Below, one piece after another: positions 12,289 through 26,052 of a stretch of 36,555 bases of DNA. Positions within the stretch are counted from its first letter, which is position 1; each line of letters starts with the position of its first letter. Source of the stretch: Vezdaea acicularis (lineage: Eukaryota); assembly GCA_026025075.1 (NCBI GenBank), contig JAPEUI010000145.1, forward strand, positions 1 to 36,555. The letters are read 5' to 3'. Made by a program: the position numbers and the translations under genes. The notes under the pieces were generated by a model. It worked only from the letters and a program-made list of their open reading frames with translations, did not search any database and was not told the DNA's origin.

Positions 12289-12512
12289 TCAGGCTATAGT
12301 TTTCTCACTGAGGGGACCTCTGGATTTCCGACTTTTCATGAAAACAATGACTGCTCCAACAACAATGCCGATAAGCAAAAATCGTCGGAACCAGGTAAGA
12401 CCGATCGTATCGTCCGACGATATTTTCGTCTCCCATACAGCTGAGAGAGTTGGCTCGCTTTCGAGAGGTTCTGCATCACCTTCCTTCCTCCAGGCGGCAG
12501 TACCGAATTCAT
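12289..12512 (-). CDS. cypB: Alternative terminal exon of cyclophilin B: acidic linker, transmembrane helix and basic tail (long isoform 278 aa)
   Basis: Donor G|GTATCC at 12597, branch ACTGAT, acceptor AAG at 12513. The in-frame exon reads DEFGTAAWRKEGDAEPLESEPTLSAVWETKISSDDTIGLTWFRRFLLIGIVVGAVIVFMKSRKSRGPLSEKTIA*. Confidence 0.75.
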
Positions 12513-12577
12513 CTTCATGAACGAGAACGTATCAGTAAATTCGAAGCAGAGTTGGGTAGGCACCGAAGGTGCCTGAA

Positions 12578-13582
12578 TCAAAGTTCCTTTTGGATACCTT
12601 CTTCTGGCATTGGCAACTCGCCACTCTTAACTATCTTCACTTTCTCGACAGGTTTATCACCCTGTCCTTTCTTGACGTTCTCGATTGCCTCCACGATGTC
12701 ATAACCCTCGAGAACTTCCCCGAAAACAACATGTTTCCCGTCGAGCCAACTAGGCGTCGCAATTAGCAGGATTCAAATATTGTTTGAGAGAGCAATAAAC
12801 TACTCACGAGGTAATGACGGTTGTAATGAAGAATTGAGACCCGTTGGTATCTTTGCCAGAATTGGCCATGCCTGGGTATGTTATAAGCAAAGAATATACT
12901 GAATCAATTAATCAATCAGCATACTGAGAAGGCCCTTCTTCGTATGCTGCGTTTCGTTAGCCTAGTGCCGAAGATGCCTTGCTTGTTAGGGTCCGAACCT
13001 TCAATTTAAAGTTCTCATCCGGAAATTTAGCACCATAAACTAATACCGTCAGGTTCATAGCTCTCCTTGCTCTTCGAAAATTACATACTCGATTTGCCAC
13101 CAGTGCCTTTGTGAGTTGCTGATTAGTAGAGCCTTCTCGTGGGAATTTCCGCCCTTACCATCATGATTCGTGAAATCACCGCCCTGGATCATGAAGTCCT
13201 TGATGACACGATGAAAGCTAGAACCTTCATAGCCATACCCTTCTTGACCGGTTGCTAAAGCTCTGAAATTTTCGGCAGTCTGCCAAACGATGAGACCCTT
13301 GTGATTAGGAATGACCCATCGGGCGTACCTTAGGAACTGTCTTTCCGTAAAGCCCTATCACTATTCTTCCCAATGGCTTGTCACCATGCTCAATGTCGAA
13401 GTAAACCTTGAGAAACGTCAGTTACAGATCTGGATATCGACCCATCCATTTCAATTGAAGCATGCCTTATGAGTAATCTTCGGACCCTTCGCAGCTTCCG
13501 CGGTGGTTGCCAGGAAGAGCAGCGTTGCCGCCACGAAGAAGAGAATAGACAGCATGAGTCTATTTAGGCTTCCAGTAGCCAT
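12578..13582 (-). CDS. cypB: ER cyclophilin B (peptidyl-prolyl isomerase), soluble isoform; exons 13582-13466, 13406-13329, 13279-13159, 13106-13089, 13039-12999, 12946-12925, 12871-12808, 12749-12578 (210 aa)
   Basis: Absent from the ORF track because of 7 short introns. The spliced product has a signal peptide, then [16 protein letters not shown]...[17 protein letters not shown]...[15 protein letters not shown]...GTGGKSIYG...FPDENF...[19 protein letters not shown]...[10 protein letters not shown], and ends EGIQKEL*. Confidence 0.95.
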
Positions 13583-13788
13583 GGTTGCAATGATATATAG
13601 TTTGATGGTGAAGAATGTCTTGAATATATCAATTATGAATTGGAGGAACTCGCTCGTAAAGGTGGCTTCAAGGGGGGCAGAGACGCCAAGGCTTTATACC
13701 GCTAGCACGTCTCGGGTATTCGTGATCTGTAAACGCATTACTCTGATACAACTAACGTCGCCATGAGTATGTGATCTTCCATAACACA

Positions 13789-14330
13789 ATGGTCAGTACA
13801 CTCCATAATTATCATTCAATGCTGATCTGGCTCAGGTTTTCCTATTAGGCATCAATTTTCCAGAACAAAGGCTGGTCAAGGTACAATTGAGCATGCCCCT
13901 AGACATCCGTCGGAGTAAAGTTTGCGAAGCTCCTGAACTCACATTATCATATAGCGATGCCTCGAAACATTTTACGGCATTGGGCCCCATGTGGCTGACC
14001 GACTGATGGCTCGATTCTTTCTTCATAAAACAGCAAGGGTTGGGGAGATGGACACCAAACAAGTCAACGACTTGACCGCAGAACTGTCGAATATGACCAT
14101 TGAGAACGATCTGCGGCGGAAAGTACGAGACAACATTAAAAGGTTAAGGGATATGGGGTCCTATCGGGGGAGACGGCATGCCATGGGTTTACCAGTCAGG
14201 GGGCAGAATACAAGATCTCAGGTACGAATTCAAAGCTATCCATGGCCCACATTCATAGCGTTAAGCATCCTAACCTTGCAATTAGATAAAAACCGCTCGC
14301 AAGCTCAATCGCATAGACCGACAAGGATGA
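13789..14330 (+). CDS. SWS2: Mitochondrial small-subunit ribosomal protein uS13m; exons 13789-13791, 13836-13880, 13955-14221, 14286-14330 (119 aa)
   Basis: Spliced product [27 protein letters not shown]...IENDLRR...[31 protein letters not shown] carries the S13 signature. Three GT-AG introns, all phase 0. Confidence 0.92.
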
Positions 14331-15424
14331 ATTTCCAGTGTTCGGGCCTGTCTTTCTATCAATTGACCGATTACAAGCATAGCATTCCTTAGTTAGAGAA
14401 TAACTTGCCGTCCCGCACATCTCGTTCAGCGTACCAACACAGAAAGGGCTTCAAAGTGGGTTTTCCTGGCGATGGGCGAAGTCTCAGATATGCAGATATT
14501 TAAAGAAAGGCGTGGGACTGTTCCTCTTTTCACTGTATACGTGTATTATAGGACCTTCCCATATGTCATAGAGGCAGCTGGAACTTTTTGACCCCTCACA
14601 AAGATTGTTTGTAGCTGAACAAGAAGCTATAAGGGAGCATCCTATCGAAGTATATAGACTTCTTGCCCTCACTTAACATGTAGCATTCAGAAGCCAGCTG
14701 GTCTGTTGTAGCTGGTTGGCTACTCTTGCTGGCACGCACGTAGCTACCAAGCCTTTGCCTCTTGGTGATGCTAAGATATGCAGAAATTTGTAGGCCATGT
14801 ATTCGGATAACGTTGTAAAATAGAGTTTATCATTACGTGAAGACAATTAACGAACATCAACTATCAGGCAGCTATATATCTGTGATAAAAGTCGGTGTGT
14901 GAGGATGAGTCGCCTCCCAGGTGCGTCTGGGCCTAGTCCGTTGAGAAAAATACGCTAAGCGAGCAGTATCGCCTATCCGCTGAAATTTTCCCACTGTATC
15001 TCTGTCAGTCTTAACTTTTCTCACAAACTCTCATCGATCCTCCTCCTCTCCAACATCTCCTACTTCACGATACACAACCTTTACTGTCCTTAGAAAGGTT
15101 TCCTTTTTGAGGCTTTGAGTTAGACATCTCCTCGGTCGCTCCATACTGACAGAAAGAACGCCGTTTGGGCAGTCTTTCTTTCTTGACGAAGTCATTTCAG
15201 CCCTCAATCTTTCATTTGGTTGAGCGTCCACCGACCAGCACAAACTGCAAGCCCCGCAGCACCAGTACACGCAAGCATTACTGACCTATCGTCGGTGCTA
15301 CATAACTTGGATTAGGCTCTGCTGATCTTTGATTTTCTTCAAGGTCGCTAACAACTTGAATTGTTGATTGAAAGCTTACGAGCATACTAAAATCAACCAA
15401 AGCCATCGAAATCACTTTTCAATC

Positions 15425-17637
<2,213 letters not shown>

Positions 17638-19060
17638 ATTACGGATCTGCATCGTTCGCTGCGCAACTATCTTAGTACCGGAGTACACGGCTTCCGCTCA
17701 ACTATTTGCTGTACGAGGTTCTGAGCGGCACTGCTTAGAACATTTTCCGATTGCTACTCTCATACGAAGCAACGATGCTTAACGACGAAGACCCTTACAC
17801 GCTCTTCATTCGCCTTTACCTAATTTCGATTGCAGCTTTCAAAAACTCTTTGCTTCATACTTTGCTCTTCTACGCGACATTTTCACATTCTTGCCTTCAC
17901 GGTTGGCGGCTATTACACGCAGCAGGCAGATTCTAGCCTTCTCAAAAATCCTTTGAGACTATGGTGCACTAGCGGTCTACATAGCCTCAAACCAGCATTC
18001 GATAGATAGCGTTGGCTTCTGCAACATTCGCGGATTGGCTACGGCGTAAGAACACGCTATAGCCGCGAGGGCTGGTGGTAGGATGCAGGACTGGATCTAA
18101 TTGCGTCACGACCGAAACGGCTTTCGTGCATTTTCATGGCTCCAATGGGAGTAGACTCGAACTATAGACAGCTTTGTTCCTCGATCTGCTTCTGATCACG
18201 AATTTCTTTGCCTTTATCGCTCCTTCAAATCTCTCGGATACGCCAGTTCAATACTCTGCCCCATATACTCTTTCCGAAGAGCTGGAACTGGATCTGCGCC
18301 ACTTTTCATCCTGAAGCGATATATAATGCGCAGCTCATGATAGGAATGGGGTGGGCAAGTGCCTACCATCTCCTTGTAGGCGGCGTTTCAAGGGCGCATT
18401 CTACGTAAGGAATTGGCATTGATGGTACGCATGGGCGCCAACAATGGATGGGCGAGCTTTTGCTCTTTCATCTAGAAGCGATGAGTTCTAGATCAACGAT
18501 CAGCACATAGTAAAGGAAAGCTGTTTATGCCGCTATACAAAGGTGGCCCAGATTTCTGCATCTGCTTTTCCAATAGGCCAAGGTGCCCGAAAGCATTAAA
18601 AGTTAGATTTCTTTCCTCAACTCAATCAACACCTTGCATTACAGATTCAAAATTATGGCTTTGAGACCGAATGTACAGTGCAAACCGTAGAATTGAGCGA
18701 GTAACAGATGTTCTTGTGCCGTCCAGACGTATATGACACGCGCCTGTTAATAAAGGTTAGCGAGCTTTTAAAGCTCGTAAGGTCACCATTCCTTGACACC
18801 TGCTCCCATCAAGGTGTCTGCCAGCCTCAGTACGGCACCCTCAAAAAGCAGATGGCGCCTTTCGATGAATAGTGGCCCAAGACACAAACTCAAGTATTCA
18901 TGGCTGCACGAACACACCTGGACTTACATCTGGCAATGAAACCGCCAGCACTTTCTCAGGAGCTTCATGAGAGATTTCATTCCCCTTCCAAGCACTAAGG
19001 ACTCTCTTACACTGCAACTTTACGTCGTCCCGGGAAGATCTCCATCTAGACACTATTGTA

Positions 19061-21525
19061 ATGGCTACGCCAGGGGAACCTATGGCTAGCAGTGAACTCT
19101 CCCTAGGTCAGGACACTAATCGAGCTCATTCACCTGGATCCACTATTTCGGACCCGGATCTGGAGCAGGATCCGCATGATGGAGCCTCGGCATCTTCACC
19201 TTTGAGAGCTGGAGAAACAGATCCCCGAAATCGTTTGCAACACGTTCTAGCTGAAAGTCCTCATGAACCTCGACATCAAGACGGTAGAGCTGCCGTACAT
19301 ACTCCAAGCCACAAAACAATCTGGATGCAGGAGGGCAAAGAAGTGACAGAGGCTGAGGGAGATAACGTGTCGGAGAGTGCTAGTAGAACTGCAGGTGGAA
19401 ATTCTGCCTCACATACAGGTCTGATAGGGCGTCGTATAACGGGGACTGGGCCACCTTCTTCGGTTTACTCTGGTAACAAAATCAAGCATCTCAAGAAGGA
19501 CGACGGGGTACCCCTTTGGCGCAAGGACATCCAATATGAGTTCCTGCGGGCAGTCTTTGAAGACGAGACCAAGGTCTTCACCGACAAATATCTAAATACG
19601 CCGGGGCATTCTTTTGCACAGATCTATATCCATACAATGGCCAACAGTAGCAAGACTAGCAAGATACTGAAAGAGAAGCTCATGTCGGAGCATCGCGCTG
19701 CAATTCACATGGCCATGGTCTGTCTGTTGGTCAATGTAGGGAGAATGAATACTACTCTCAACTGTATGTAGACCTTTCCCTCTTCACAGCGGTCCAAACT
19801 TCAGTCCTCTAACCTAGCTATAGTCTTCCCAGAAATGCGTGCCCAGCTACGTACTTATCACTCAATTCCTTCCCTACAAGCACGACAGGACCCAAACGCA
19901 TATAAACAGCTTCAGGATGCACCACGGCTGAAGTCTATCCTGAAAGGTGCCTCAGAGGACGCCAAAGAACCTAACTCTATCGAAGCAATTATGGCACAGC
20001 CAAAGCCACGCACCAACGCTGTAAATCTGGTTTTTGTGCTGTCATCTCATGCGATAAGAGTCTCCGAGACACACTTCACGCCACCGCGTGAATTTTTCGA
20101 CTTGATAACGCGTACCACTATCAGTAGCCGGAGTAGAGCAAAGACCTTCTTATGGCTGATGTGGTGGTACCTCGAGAGTGACTTCACAAAAGAAGACGCC
20201 GAGCGAAATCCATTCGGTCCGGGACAAGCCTCCGAAGACGGTGGCATGCCTGTGAAAGTTCCACCATTCGACTATTTGACCGAGGAGCAAGCCGAGGCTG
20301 AAAATGTAGATACAGAAGAGGAAATTGCTTACGGGGAGACCAAGAGGGTTGAAAGATTACGTAAGATTTACGGCTAAGGTTTATGGATTGTATTAACCCT
20401 GGATCTATAGGCATAAATGAAGCTGATGCTCTTGCTGCCGCGGCACCAAGACGTGGCAAAAAGGGTTCATACTCAGTCAATGGACCCTCCGACGATGGAC
20501 TTAGCCCTGCACCGGACTCATTAATAGTATCGGGTCGTGGCAGGGGTCGTGGGAAACGACATTCAGGTCTGGAAAACTACGGCTCGGACTCAGACAGAAC
20601 ACGATCTGCAACTCCCCCCGTCGGAGCTTTCCATTCCTTCGATCCTTCAGTGCCCCGTTCTGGGATGCGTATCAACAGTATGCTTAATGACGATCAAACG
20701 AGTACGCCATTAGTTGCTCCTAGAACTGGACGAGGTAGATGGCCACGAGACAAGTCAGGACAGGCCAGTACCCAAAGGCTGATACTGAAAACAAAAATGG
20801 ACCACGTGCCAGACAATTCGTCCCCTGCACCACCAGGCGCTGCACATCCCGTGTTACATCCAGAACATCACAATACTCGTCGGCAGCGTCCGATGACTGC
20901 ACATCAGCAAGCTGTGGAGAAAAACCGAGCACAGCGTGTCGATTATATACTTGATCGCAAGATGCGAAAAGTATATCAAAAGAAGGAGAAGTTGAGGTCT
21001 AGGGAAGGTGCAATTTGGCGGGCTTGGAATAGACAAGACGCCATGGTTGATCCTTTCGCGAATAGCGAGGACGAGGACAGCAGACTCAGGAGAACTGGTG
21101 GTCCAGTCCGCGATCAAGGCTTTGGCGGGTTGATGGCTCTCGAAACCGAGGAAGATGATTACGGCGAAGAAATCAACGCTTATGCAGCAGCATTACGACG
21201 CTCGAGCAGAAGACTTGATCGATGGGACATGCTCCGACCTGGTGAGTTCAGTAAGCCAGTTGCACCCAAGCCAACAAACGGAGTGCCAAAGTATCTACAT
21301 TCGGATATCTACGAAGACGCGAACGAAGATTCTATGGACAAGCCCCGAGAATACAGCCCAGAAGCCGAAGAGGCGGACGACGGCGATGAAGACGAGGCCG
21401 AGATGCTCGATGAAATGGACCGCGAGGAGGATGAAAATGAGGGAGAGGAGGAAGACGATGATGAAGGAGACGGTGATAGGGATGATGCTGACGATATGGA
21501 CATCGATGTTACGCCGGCATATTAA
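19061..21525 (+). CDS. IES1: INO80 complex subunit Ies1; exons 19061-19763, 19824-20360, 20411-21525 (784 aa)
   Basis: KHLKKDDGVPLWRKDIQYEFL, NVGRMNTTLNFFPEMRAQLRTYHSIPSLQ, KQLQDAPRLKSILK and FLWLMWWYLE are Ies1 motifs. Introns 19764-19823 and 20361-20410 restore the frame. Acidic C-terminal tail. Confidence 0.9.
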
Positions 21526-22212
21526 TTGTTTTGGTCACTATGTACGAGTATGGTAACGGAAAAGACGCTTTGGGCATCGAATGGGTCGTGAATCAGTCCT
21601 TGTTCCCTTGCTTTGCAGCGCTACGTGAGACGCCTTGCAAGACTCCGGGATTTAATGCCAGCACTTGAGTTGAGATATCTACATGGCAGGACCGTTTACC
21701 CCCCTTGCTTGAAGAGATACGTAAGAGTGGTTAAAGTCTCAAAGTACATCTATACTAAGAGCTGTATTTAGACCATTCAGGAATCTGAGTATGAAATCTT
21801 TGCTAATCCCGAAGTCAGGACGGAAGGTAGAAACTATGATTGTAGAGAATGTGCTTCGTCGCGGATACGCAGTTCGATGGGGTCCTACAGTAGCGTTGGC
21901 GTATGAGAAGTCGCCAAAATAGCGGCTAAATAGCGCCTACAAAAGCTTTGCGGGGCAGCCTGCTTTACCCGGTACAGTTTAGTCGCTACTTTTCCCAAGC
22001 GTCTTCTCAGATCTTTGATAGCCAAACCCAACTGGCACTCCCTGCATAAGGGATCACGAATCCTCGCCATGACTCTAGGATAAATGGAAATTTCCACTTC
22101 TGTTTACTACTAAGCTCCTTACCCACGTTGAGCATCTATCAGCCCCTTCTTGGACCAACAAGCCCTCTTCCACCTCCTGACTTTACCAGCTTCGGCGACT
22201 TGATAACAAGTC

Positions 22213-24033
22213 ATGAGCGACGCATCTGCCTCACCACCCCGAAGACCATCCATCCGAATTGGTGGGCCTCGAGGCTTCTTGCCTCTTGTCTCGGACGATG
22301 CGCTCTCAACGCGCGGGCAGACCCTCCCAGGCCTTCTCCGCGATCGGTCTACCACATCTTTGCGCAATCTTGCACATGGCATTCCTCGGCGACGGACCTC
22401 AATGATCGATGGCGAAGATAACGACGAGGAGGCCGGCGCCCGATCTATACAATATGCGTCATCATTTGAAGGCGCGGAGAGGGATGGGAGGAGGGTGAGC
22501 ATTGGGGGTCAAGTTTTAATGACCCCTCAGATGAGGAGTATGCGTTTAATTGGAAGCAGTAATCCGAGATACCAATGGTAAGAGCAGCGTGGCTATCTGA
22601 GCACGAACTTCTCGTCAAAAGGCTAACTTGCTTTCGTAGGCAAAAGTATTGGAAGAGTGAAAATGAATTAAAGCACATGAAGAAACCAATGTAAGTCGTA
22701 GTGTGGAAACCGTCCTCCTTTACGATCCTGCATCGTCTTCACGCCAAATGCTGATGCATAACGAGATAGACGACAATACTACGAGCGTACAAACTCGTTA
22801 ATACAACAATACCTCTATATAGACAAACTGTTAGACTCGTCTCTACCCCACAGTCTTCTTCAAGAGTACGAAGACGAGCCATCAGTACATATTCCACCTA
22901 CAATACGCGAAGAAGCGTCGCAAGCTCTCAAGTCTAAGCCGGAATCTACAATAATTGCCAACAGCCTTGCCGGAAACGGCCATGGCTCCAAATCAAAGGT
23001 CAAGAGAACACCAAAAGCACTGTACAAAGTCCCCCAAGAGGACACACCACTACTTTCACGAGAAGATGACGATGACCTGTCTTTACACGACGGCCCTCGG
23101 GTCCAGGATGTCAACTCCTATGAAGAAGAGGAAGAAGCGTCTAGCGGTTCAGCAGTCGTCAAAGTGGCTATCTACATCAATCTAATAGCCAACACCATCC
23201 TGCTCGCCGCAAAGATAGCCGTTATTGTCCTAACTAGCTCTCTCTCCGTCCTAGCCTCTCTTGTGGACGCTGCCCTAGATTTTCTTAGTACAGCAATCGT
23301 CTGGATAACTACACGTCTGATCCAGCATCAAGACCAATACGCATACCCTGTCGGCCGCCGGCGTCTCGAGCCCATTGGCGTCCTCGTCTTCTCTGTCATC
23401 ATGATCACCTCGTTCTTCCAAGTTCTCCTCGAATGTTTCAACCGCCTAACATCCGGCAATCATGCTCTCGTGCAGCTCGGTATTCCCGCCATCGTCATCA
23501 TGGCTAGCACCGTCGTTATCAAATTTCTGTGCTGGCTGTGGTGTCGCCTCATCAAAAACTCTAGCGTGCAAGCCTTAGCTCAGGACGCGATGACAGACGT
23601 CGTTTTCAACACCTTCAGCATTATCTTCCCACTCGTCGGCTTCTACGTCAAGCTCTGGTGGCTCGACGCCTTGGGCGGCATCATCCTCTCCCTCTACGTC
23701 ATCGTCAACTGGGCCCGCACCTCGAGCACACATATCCGCAATCTCACCGGGGCTGCTGCTTCGGCTGATGAACGGAATGTTCTGCTCTACCTGACGATGC
23801 GGTTTGCGAAGACGATAAAGCAGATCCAGGGCCTACAGGCATATCACGCGGGAGATAAGCTCAACGTGGAGGTCGACATTGTGTTAGATGAGGGGACAAG
23901 GTTGAGGGATAGTCATGACTTGGGCGAAAGTTTGCAATATGTGCTTGAGAGCGTGCCCTATGTGGATCGGGCGTTTGTGCATCTGGATTATGCGGGTTGG
24001 AATTTACCCACTCATATGGACCAGCATGATTAG
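22213..24033 (+). CDS. Cation diffusion facilitator, Mn-CDF/MTP8-like clade; exons 22213-22577, 22640-22690, 22770-24033 (559 aa)
   Basis: Six hydrophobic segments, SLVDAALD (DxxxD), YPVGRRRLEP, AQDAMTD (DxxxD) and C-terminal HDLGESLQ..VDRAFVHLDY. Introns 22578-22639 and 22691-22769 are canonical. Confidence 0.92.
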
Positions 24034-24309
24034 AGCGGGATAGCTGCGGTTCAAAAAAGCTTTGTGTAGTTTACTGGTAGCACGATATTTCGCGATACAT
24101 GACGAGAACTTCTACTCAGACCATTGATTTGAATGCTTGAGGTTTGGAAACTGACACTTGGCTATGTACCAAGCAGTATTGCCTACATTTAAGTGAAATA
24201 TCCTGTATATTGAGGACAAAAGTTCTGTCGAAAGCAGCAATATACACGTTTTACAAGCCAGTCATCTTACAGCAGCTCCTCCCACCCCTATATCCATGTT
24301 CAACAGCAA

Positions 24310-24777
24310 TCACCTCCAGGAAGACAGACTGTGATGACGAGCCGATCCCCGTTCCTTAACCAACAACAGGTCTAAAGCAGTCACAAGGCTATATGCGTAT
24401 CGCCTAGGCGCTATGTCGTAGTATTCCACCAGACCTTTCAGCTCTTCGAGTAGCCTAATGACAGTCCTTTGCGACATTGGCAGCCGCTTGTCGTAATGTT
24501 GATGAAGCCTCTCGAATGTGGGGCTGAGTATTCCCATTTTCCGATCGTTGCGCTGTTCCAAGAGCAAAAATTAGTGAGAGTATCAAAGAGCTTGGTAGAA
24601 AATTCATACAAAGTTAGGGTAATAGTCTTCGAAGATTCGACATAATGGGCAGGGATGTCGAATACGTTCACCCCAATTCTCCCGTGGCGAAATCTCGTCG
24701 TATAAAGCATGCCGAGAGTGATAACATGGTGTCAGGCATACTGGCACCATGACATGCATGCCGTCGCAGGGCCACAT
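24310..24777 (-). CDS. Candidate orphan spliced gene or pseudogene; exons ~24777-24610 and 24552-24310 (~136 aa, 5' end uncertain)
   Basis: A canonical 57-nt intron at 24609-24553 (GTATGA...CACTAAT...CAG) removes the in-frame stop between two same-frame ORFs. No family recognised. Confidence 0.4.
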
Positions 24778-26040
24778 TTCCGAAGTTTTGCTGAACCCGA
24801 ACGTACATCTTGAATTTCCATAGTGAGCTGACACCTGGCTCTTATAGTGATTTTACGGCACAGGTGAAGATTGATTGTATGCATGGTCGCTTGCGTCTCC
24901 ACCTCGTATTAGGATCCAGAAGCAAACCCGTCTTTACCCTCACGGTTTCAATGCCGAAGCAAAGCGTTGAGGTTTAGAGTAGTTCATTAGCGTCATGTAC
25001 ACTGCGATTGCGAAGGATGAGTGTCGAGTAAGGCGCAAACATGCAACTGGTGTTTGTCGCAAGGCTCTGCCACGGGATTAGCCATGTATTCTAACTGAAG
25101 TTTGAGCGCAAGTTGGACATCAAAAAAACTTTAAAGTCTCAGAAACGGAATAATGAAAAGCATCGGCCGTGAAGCTGACGCCTCCTAGCCTTGTTAAGTG
25201 GTATACGATAGTGCCATCACAGACATGGGCATGAAAACTTGAACGAGAATAGATCACTTACTTCACAGAATAGAAGTACGGCCTGGAGGCAGAGCTATTG
25301 GGCACGATATGTCTTGCAATATCTTTTCACATTAGTCTCCGGGTTATTTCTTGCCTGGTTTCAACGAGGGATAAGTCAAAACTTTATGGTTTAGCATGAG
25401 AAATTTGTCGTAATAATAGCTGTCTTGCGCGCAAAGCTCAGCCCAAACGTCGGCGTTCAGGAAAATCAATATTCAGGAATGAACGTTTGTGAGTGTTTAC
25501 AGTAGAGCGCATAATTTGACCTACTATCAATAAGAATCATAGCTCATACCTAACGTAGGTTTTTGACGGGGGAAGGGAAATTAAGCTGCCCTCACCTTAC
25601 TACGATTCAATTCAGCCCCAAGAGAAGAACCTGAGAGAGCAACTACCGACCCTATCTTATGAGTTGGGAGATTGAGATTGATCTCTAGAGGAGACTGCCA
25701 TGGTATCCCGCGGTAACGTCAGGGATGAGATGATATGGCGGAATCGGGTGGAAGGACACTACGTCCAGCATGGAATAGTGGTGCCTTCATCGTGGGAGTC
25801 TCATATTAGAACACTTGTGTCAGGCAATGTCATGTTCCGCGACTTAGACCAGTCTTTGTTGACAATACGATAGAATCGGAATTTCAGCTATGTGCTCAGC
25901 ATGTGTGATAGATGTGTTAAATTTTCCCTTTCAAATTCAAGTCCACAATATTTCGTCGCCAAAGCCACCCGGCTTAGAGATCAACACTCTACCACTTTCG
26001 CTTTAGCGTGTCAATTCTGGCGTTCCCTTAGCGCTCCCGA

Positions 26041-26052
26041 ACGCGTCGCGTT
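26041..26052. promoter_or_regulatory. MCB (MluI cell-cycle box) elements upstream of CDC6
   Basis: ACGCGTCGCGTT about 120 nt upstream of the CDC6 ATG. CDC6/cdc18 is a classic MBF target in yeasts. Confidence 0.6.

Noticed and set aside
24331..24385. C/D snoRNA (GTGATGA box C)
   Set aside because: No CTGA box D with a terminal stem at a suitable distance.
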